The notes under the pieces were generated by a model, which searched no databases, was not told the origin of the DNA, and saw only the letters and a program-made list of their open reading frames with translations. Position numbers and translations under genes: made by a program. A stretch of 64,000 bases of DNA, from the NCBI GenBank assembly GCA_002104905.1, contig MCFE01000369.1, forward strand, positions 1 through 64,000. Reading direction: 5' to 3'. Positions 56,292-64,000 of the stretch are shown here, one piece after another. The DNA is from Basidiobolus meristosporus CBS 931.73. Taxonomy: Eukaryota > Fungi > Basidiobolomycota. Position 1 is the stretch's first letter. Every line of letters starts with the position of its first letter.

Positions 56292-59200
56292 GTTTTCTGG
56301 TTGATAATTTGTCTGGCTAGGATGGTATTGAGTCTATTCTGGGCTTACAGCTTCAATTGGCAAGAACTGCAACCTTTCCTCATGCTTCCCTGACTCTGGC
56401 TTGTGTAGACTGTTTCCCCTTTACCTTGCCCTTTTTCTCTGCCAAGTCTTTCACTGCTACTTTGTATGAGTACCTCTAGTATTGAACCACATTTTCTCCA
56501 TGATAAATGCTGCTCTAATGCATCTTTCTTGGCCTGCTTGATCCTTGCTGGCACTCTGCAGGCAACCTGACACTTCTTTCCTGCTTGTTTCAGGCTTGCA
56601 GCTGTTGCTGTGACAGGTTCCTTAGAGTGCCACTTATTTTTATCACTGCCAGATCCTTCACTGTTACTATGACTGAGTGCTTCTTGAGTAGAACTATGCT
56701 TTTTCCATGGTAAATGTTGCGCTGCTGCATCTGTGCTAGCATACCAATGCTGGTGCAAAAACTGTTTGCTTTTTTGAGCTCAGGATAATTCTCATGGAGC
56801 AAGTCAAGTGTATTCTGCATTCAGCTTGGCCTTGAGTTCCAGATGGTCTCATGGTATGCCAGCCTTAAGGTGTTGGCGTGCTAGACTTCTAATTGCCTCT
56901 TGAATATTAGCCCACTCTTGATCATTACACTCAAAAGCTTCTACACCTGGAAATATTAATTGCTCTATACCATTTATTCACTCATCCTGCTTCTAGACTA
57001 TTTCCTGATTTCTCTGAGCCATTGCATCTATCCAATTAGCCACAGCACCAAGGGCCTCATTAATACTTAGATATGAGCTGACAACATGCTTGCTAATACA
57101 GTTGGTGGTGAGGTTATGATGGCCACTTGCTGGTTGCCAACTGAAGGTAATGCTTTTGCTACATTCTCATTTTCCTCAGCAATATGGTCAGCTAGCTTCT
57201 CTGCACAGATTCCCAATTGCCTACTTGATAGAGAGCCTGAGGGGTCTGCATTATTCCCTTCAGTGGGCACACTGTCCACAGGCCTTATTTGGTTATAGCC
57301 CCACTTGTTACACTGAATGTTAAAGGAAGCTGTTGTCCAACTTTTCTTTGGCTGTTATCAGCAGTGGGGCTTGGTTGGGAACCAGACAACTTTGCATCAT
57401 TTTTTGGCAGCATATATATATAAATCAGTCAAACCAAAAGGGAAATGGTGCTACATATACATGTGTATGCGGTGCCACAACTTTATTAATAATGCTTACA
57501 ATGGCAGGTCATCATTGGATCTTACATTCATGTAGGTGTGATGACTTAAATACAAGCCTGTCTTAAATTTGCATGAGTAGTAATAAAAAAGTGGTATAAT
57601 AGCATAATGTTGTTGAGTGGCAAACTTTTTGCGCATGGACAAGATTACTTTGATTTGATGCTGTAAGAGAAGAGAAAAAAGACCATGCAGCTATTGTAGC
57701 AAGCCTCTCAGTCACAAAGTATGCAGACAGCATAGGAAGTATTACAAGGATCATAGCCAGTGTTTTGGCACACAAGTGATATTTGACCAATAACCAGTCA
57801 CTACTGTACCAACAATATCTTGCTAGCCTCTTGATACTTCTTTAATGGCATCTAGCTGTACTTGTCACCTTGCAGAAACTGAGTCAGGAAAGTTTGTGAC
57901 ACCTTTGGGCTCACTCCAGCTTTCTGAATATGGCATGCGGAGTGATGGCTATGAAGAAGCAGGCTCACTGATGCATTGTGAGCCTATCTTCCCTCACAAC
58001 ATTACCCTGCATGAGCCTGGCAAGATACCATTATGTAATATGACAACACCTGTGGAAAAAAATGCCAAAGATACCTTATGGAGTCAAGTGAGCCCAGCAA
58101 TCCATCTATTGGTAATTGATGTGATGTTTTAGCTACAGAAGTGGTGCATTACCACTGATATCAGTAATGGGGGCTTTGAGGATCTACTACTGCTTCTTGA
58201 CAAAATCATCCCAGGATGCATCCAACCATGTACATGGTATAAATGGAAAACTGTCATGCAGCTGGCAACATATGACCCAGAGACCATCCTGATACCAGCA
58301 TATTTCAACAGTTGCACGGTGTTCACATGAGAAAAGCCACCATTGCAAGGTGCCCAATTTGTCAGGAATCCACCACCAATGGGGGGAAACATTGTTCACA
58401 CTCTGGATATTTTCCATTAATACCTTATATAAAGAAGCTCATGCAGACCAACAAATACTGTGAGATTATAAAGTATTACACTCAGTATCAATCAAGTGCA
58501 AATATATCAGATATATTTGATGGCAAACATTACAACAGCTAAGAAGCAAGGGCTACTTTAAAGGTATGTATGCCAGTGCCTTTGCCTTGGCACTTGATGA
58601 ACTATCATTAAACAAGGACTCTACCAGCAAATTCTGCTGGCCACTGATTATTATCAACCTGAATCTGCTACCTAACTTGTGGTACCAGAGCCAAAATCTG
58701 ATTGTAGTTTAACTGATATCAGGGCCTAAATCACAGACCTTGTTCAGCAACTGTATCCATTCTCTACTCCATCTTGCATGGTGTGTGGAGAATATTGGGC
58801 CTTGCTTGACCTTTTGGGAGTTTCCTATGGAGCGGATGAGTGGGGAGATAGGAAGACAAGTCAGGTTTCAGGTACTACTATATCCCAATCTTATTACAAA
58901 TATTACCCTCAAGTCTGTCACTAGAATCCAGCAGGGAGAAGGAGTATTATGGCTGAACACCAAGAAATTCTTTGAAGATATTCAGGAGGTATCAAAGGCA
59001 GAAGTGGTGGCCAGTAAGCATATGTATGCCAGATGTGTATGTTATTAGCAATACAAGATATATGGTAACTTTGCAAGCATTGCACTAAAAGGTTGTCAAG
59101 TTGAGGCGATAGAAGTATGTCAATTGTGGTAGGTTTGTGCATTTGCAGAGGCTAGTAAGCAGGAGGCCATATTACTTTTTGATTCAAACTATATGTGGTA

Positions 59201-59640
59201 TACCCAAAGTAGTTGTGGGTAAGCAAATAAAGGGGGGTGATATTACAGTGGAATACATGAATTGTGTAAGGGGAGGTAGAAAAAGAAAATATCATTTGGT
59301 AAATTGATATGGTAGCATTATATAGAACTAGCTTTAGGCACCCTTACTGCTGTGATAATGCTATCAGAGGCTTCCAAAGAGGCCATCAAAACACTGTCAA
59401 GTCTTTTGCCATATAAGACAATTGGATGTACTGGCTGATTAGATCCACTCAAATAGTTGTAAAGTGCACTAATACTGCAACAATTTCATGCCACCCTTAG
59501 CAAAACACTGTACAAATACCATTTAATTTAACAACTTTATATTGCTGTAAAATTTCCAAAACACAGTTGTGATCTCATCACAAGATTATGTCAATGGTCA
59601 TTAGTTCCAAGCTACTGGTATTATGGCAGTCTCCTGATGG
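56292..59640 (+). mobile_element. CACTA-like copy D continued: ORF1 remnant (minus, ~56300-57400) and Tnp2 remnant (plus, ~57900-59400)
   Basis: CPICQES..YFPLIPYIKKLM..ISDIFDGKHY, INLNLLPNLWYQ, IHSLLHLAWCVENIGPCLTFWEFPMERMSG; internal deletions. Confidence 0.72.
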
Positions 59641-60440
59641 GATCAGTTGCCACAGCTGTATGCCTTGAAAGTAAGAGTTGTGACAGAACACTTTGTGAAT
59701 CTACTCCAGTTGAGGTATAGTATGGATTCAAACCCAGTGCAAAACATTCAAAAATAATTAGTTGTAACACATTTGCCAAGAAACTGTCCAGATATCAAGT
59801 ATATATGACTCAAGAAGTGTAAAATACATATTTTGGGCTACTGCAATGAGAGTAAGGTATCAAGACCCTGCAACACCAAAGCAAAAAAGAACATGAAGTT
59901 CAGGGATGTATTATCTGATAAAAATTAGTAATATTGACAGAAAAATAACTTCAGATGATGACTACTATGTGATCTTAAGTCCACCAATAGAGAGCTTTGA
60001 ATCAGAGTAAAGCAATGCAATTCTTCACTATAGAGGACTCTACTGCCACGGTTTAGCCAAGATCAGTGCCTAGGAAAATTGCAGAAGTGATCATTCCAGT
60101 ATCATAAACCAGGTGATCCAACTGAATCCAGAATAGCTCAGATTGCAACATCAATGAGGTCACAAACTTAGCCTATTGCTATTCAGTGCATATAGCTGGG
60201 CCTCAGACTGATTGGGGACAGAACTTAGAAGACAGAAGATCCAACACAGAAAAAACCTTTCTTTACTGTACAGGAGCAATTTCCTGGAACCCATGAAAGC
60301 AACCAGCCATTGCACTTTTGGCCACAGAGGCTGAGTATATGGCAGCCTGTGAGGCTACAAAAGAAGTATGGTGACTAAGGAAGCTGTTTACAAATTTACA
60401 ATTAAGTCAAAAAATGACTATTATATTATATCAAGATAAT
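59641..60440 (+). mobile_element. Very degraded copia fragment (integrase end joined to RNase H by a deletion)
   Basis: Recognisable similarity to element #3 (SVATAV, FLGYCNES, DWG.NLEDRRS, TEAEYMAACEATKE-type sequence). Confidence 0.7.
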
Positions 60441-60444
60441 CAAG

Positions 60445-61133
60445 CCCTATGAGAAGTTATTATGATGGACCCATCAGAAGCCCATAATAAATTCCAAGTC
60501 CTGTAACAAAGAGCTGTTGATCCCATCAGGACACTGAACAAAGACTGTCAAAAAATAATTACACCCCAGCATTGAAAAAAAACATAGTCAAAGATTTTTG
60601 TCACAATGATATGAAAGTGGCTTTTGATTGGTTCTCTGTCAATCTTCTCACTTCCTGATCCCAGACACCCTATAACCTCCTACACTTGTGTACATTGATT
60701 GGCTATTGCCTCTTTTTTACACTTCTTACTACCTGACTCAACTGTTGCTCTGATTTTTCAAGCATAGAAATTGATTTATTTCTGCCAAAACTTCAGTTGT
60801 ACCTCAATTGCCAATTGTATTGGCCTATACAGTCCCTATACGGTACACAAACCTTAAGCCCAACCCCACATTCAACAAGTAAGTCCATTAAGATCCACAA
60901 CTCAATAAGTATTTCTGCAGCAATGCTCTGTTTCCATGACTTTGGCAGGAACCCTATGGCTTAATGCCATTGTTCATTCACTGGTTCCCATACATCCTGG
61001 TCTTCTGCCAGCACTGCAAGGTTTAGGACCTCATCTGCCAGTCTTTGCAATAAATCCTTGCAATATTCAAGTGTGTGTTCCAGAGTACTGCTGCTGAAGA
61101 AGTGCAGCAACCTATTGGTGTGCCAATTAATAT
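60445..61133 (+). mobile_element. CACTA-like 5' terminus with subterminal region and ORF1 C-terminal remnant (minus)
   Basis: CCCTATGAGAAGTTATT terminus; minus-strand LEHTLEYCKDLLQRLADEVLNLAVLAEDQDVWEPVNEQWH*. Confidence 0.62.
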
Positions 61134-63400
61134 CCCTACACAAAATAATCTGGTCCCATTGGTGGATCCAATCCAGATCAGCGATTAGAATCCCATTTGG
61201 AGACCATCATAATACCAGCAGCTAGGAATTAGTGACCCTCTTAACAATCTAATGATGGGATCACAATGGCACCTACCATATCAGTTAACCAAATGGTATT
61301 TCCTTTTTTACCACCTCTTGTTCCATTCATATATTCCACTGTAGAATCACACCTCTTTATTTGCTTACACACCACTACTTTGGGTATTCTGCATAAAGTT
61401 AGAGTCAAAAAAACCATGGCCTCCTGCTGACTAACCTCTACAAATGCACACACATGCTGCAATTGACATACTTCTATCACTTCAACTCTATGGTATTTTA
61501 GTGTGATACTTGCAAAGTTGCCATATACTGTGTACTGCTGGTAACATATACATCTTGCAAACATATGCTTGGTTGTTGCCACTTCTATGATGAGTACTTT
61601 CTGAATATTTGCAAAGAACTTTTTGGTATTTAGCCAATATATTCCTTCTCCCTGCTGCATCCTAGTCCCACTTATAGGTGTGCTCTGGTGCTTGTTTGTG
61701 TGAATTCTGCATTAAATAGTCCAGAAGTTGGCTTGTGACTATGAGATACCAGCATACCTTGCCACCTCTTCCTGGCTGTCCTCCATGTGTCAACTCATCA
61801 CATGCATGATGGACTTGAAGGTAATATTCTTAATGAAACTGTGATAGGGTGGTACCCGCAACTTGACTTGTCTTTCCATCTTCCCATACAACTGCTCCAT
61901 AGGAAGCTCCCAAAAGGTGAAATAAAGTCAAATATTCTTTACACAGCAAGCAAGATAGAGTACAGAATGGATACAGTAGCGGATGATAACTACACATTCA
62001 GCTTTATGTTTGTAGTACAGCCACTCAAATGATATTACAAACTCCTTGCACAACTGCTGCTTATGCATAAGCTGGCATTGGTGATTTGCTTGTGGATAAA
62101 TAATTCATCAATGTCCACATATGACATTCAATGATTCCAATGCACTGTTGGTAGAAATTGCTTCAGAATGCCACTTGTATAAATACATATCCAGTTCATC
62201 CATTCTTTGCAATTGTATTGTTCTATATGGGTATAAATAATGATTAAAGCCCATAAGAAGTGCTTGGGGGAGCTCTCCTAACTACAGTTGAGAGCTCAAA
62301 ACCAGCAGGAAAGAAGCATCAGGTTGCCAGAAGAGTGCCAACAAGGGACAAGCAGGCTTAAACAGATGAGTCAGAGCAGAATTTATTAAGGAGAAAACAT
62401 AGTTCATTACAAGAAGCACTCAGACAAAGTAGCAGTGAAAGACTTGACTTTGATAACAGAAAAGGTAAAGGGGTAAATGTCTACCCAAGCATGAGACAGG
62501 GAAGCATGCAAAAAAACTGCAGTTCTGGCCAGTTAACACCGCAAGCCTAGAACAGACTGAATCCCATCATTCCCAAGAAGTATTGCCAACAAGAAAACAG
62601 CTGTTTTCACAAGAGTTGGAAGTGCAGCCAGTTGAGCTACACTCCAGTAAGGTAGATGAGATTGCAGAAATAGGCAATTTGTCTACCACATCCTTCACAT
62701 CCTCCATTGTTGACAGAGTGGAGATACCACTGACAGACAAGGCTACAATATCAAGAACTCAAAAGACTATCATGATGCCTTCAGTGGGGTTTTGGAACAT
62801 TACTAGGCACACCAAGAGGTTGCAGCACTTCAAGAACAGTGCTCAAGAAGACACACTTGAATATTGCAACAATCTATTGTAATGACTGGAAGAGGAGGTG
62901 CTAGACCTAACAGTGCCAGCTGAAGACCAGGCCATGTGGAAACCAGTGAACAAACAGTGGCATAAAGCTACTGGGTTCCTGCCAAGTCATAGAATCAGAG
63001 TGTCTCAGCAGAAATACATATTCAGTGGTAAATTTTAATGGGGTTACTTGTTGAGTGTGGGGTTGGGCCTAATGTTAGTGTAGGGTATAGGTACTTGCAT
63101 TGGTCAGTACAATTGGCAATGGAGGTATAACTGAAGCTTCAACAGAAATAAGTTAATTTGTATGTGTGAAAAGTAAGAGAAATGGTTGTGTCAGGAAGTA
63201 AGGAGTGTGAAAAAGAGGCAATAGTCAATCAATGCACACAAATGTAGGAGGTGATAGAGTGTCCCGAATCAGAAAGTGAGCATATTGGCAGGGAACCAAT
63301 CAACATCTACTCATATATTGTTGTGATGAATAATTTTGACTAAATCTTTGGTGAAATCTGGGGTGTAATTATTTATCAGCAGTGTCATAGCCCTTTTGAG
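61134..63400 (-). mobile_element. Internally deleted CACTA-like copy E (3' terminus, Tnp2 3' half on minus, ORF1 3' half on plus, 5' subterminal region)
   Basis: CCCTACACAAAATAATCTGGTCCC at 61134, Tnp2-type remnants 61240-62250, ORF1 remnants 62280-63030. Confidence 0.62.
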
Positions 63401-63499
63401 TGTAGTTCACTTAAGGCACTGAATGTCAAAGTAAACAGCTGTGCAACCATTCTTCTATTATTGTCTGCAGTAGGGTTTAGTTGGGAACCCAATAGCATT

Positions 63500-64000
63500 G
63501 CCTTATGTTTTGGCAGCAAATAAAAGGAGGTTTCAAATGTGGTAATTCTACCTAAATACTCACCCAACACAGTCCCTTAGATCAATGCAAATAAATCTTG
63601 GAGAACACCTTTCCTACAAAAAATAATTTGGTCCCATGGGTGGATCTAATTTGAATCAACCATCAAGTTCCCAAAATGAAGCTGCCATAATGCCTGCAGC
63701 TTTAAGCTACTGAAACTCCTTATGATCTTATGATGGGATTGTGATGGTGTTTTGCCAAATCTACTGCTTGATAGGCTAGGAAACTTAACACTACTATAAT
63801 GGTCCTGCATTGATATTTTTACATGCACTACTCAGTTCTATGGCAGCCTACATATGTTTCAGAGGACTTGGCCATCTTGTACATGCAGTAACCATATTTG
63901 ACAAAACTGATCAGTAATTGTGGTGCAAAAGTTCATAATTGAACCTAAATACTCACACCACTTAGTAACTTGGATCATTACCTACCAGGTCTTAGAGTAT
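63500..64000. mobile_element. Old fragments: LTR 5' piece (~63525-63590), CACTA 3' terminus (~63612-63830) and a partial LTR from ~63919 running out of the window
   Basis: CTACCTAAATACTCACCCAAC and GAACCTAAATACTCACAC resemble LTR CCACCTAAATATTCACCTAAC. TCCTACAAAAAATAATTTGGTCCC resembles the CACTA end. Confidence 0.5.

Noticed and set aside
32574-64000. Classical Neurospora-type RIP
   Set aside because: The diagnostic differences I could see are mostly at CpG rather than CpA, and a young copy remains intact. A formal spectrum analysis is still needed.

Overview
Eukaryotic DNA, most likely from an early-diverging fungus. This is inferred from the many 45-100 nt GT-AG introns, the fungal-type genes and a CIP2A-like gene; the lineage cannot be fixed from sequence alone. 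The window has two sharply different halves. The first ~32 kb is gene-dense and CpG-rich. It holds a tRNA cluster (Gln, Pro, Glu), a secreted alpha-carbonic anhydrase, a Shewanella-like phosphatase, a head-to-head alpha-arrestin pair and a head-to-head carnitine acetyltransferase pair with gene-conversion-like identical tracts. It continues with a single-pass SH3 protein, a Reb1/TTF1-like Myb protein, MPP6, a CIP2A-like protein, RPN3, G-gamma, MAM33 and a very GC-rich secreted tectonin-type beta-propeller. The second ~32 kb is an AT-rich, CpG-depleted nest of one Ty1/copia family and one CACTA/EnSpm-like family. The copia family includes one intact element with a 5-bp TSD, decayed copies and solo LTRs. 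The CACTA-like family has CCC-initiated termini and a second, divergently oriented ORF of unknown function. Four otherwise intact genes each carry a single +1 base, which is probably assembly error. All exon models, alignments and mismatch counts were made by eye, and family calls come from motif recognition, not database searches.
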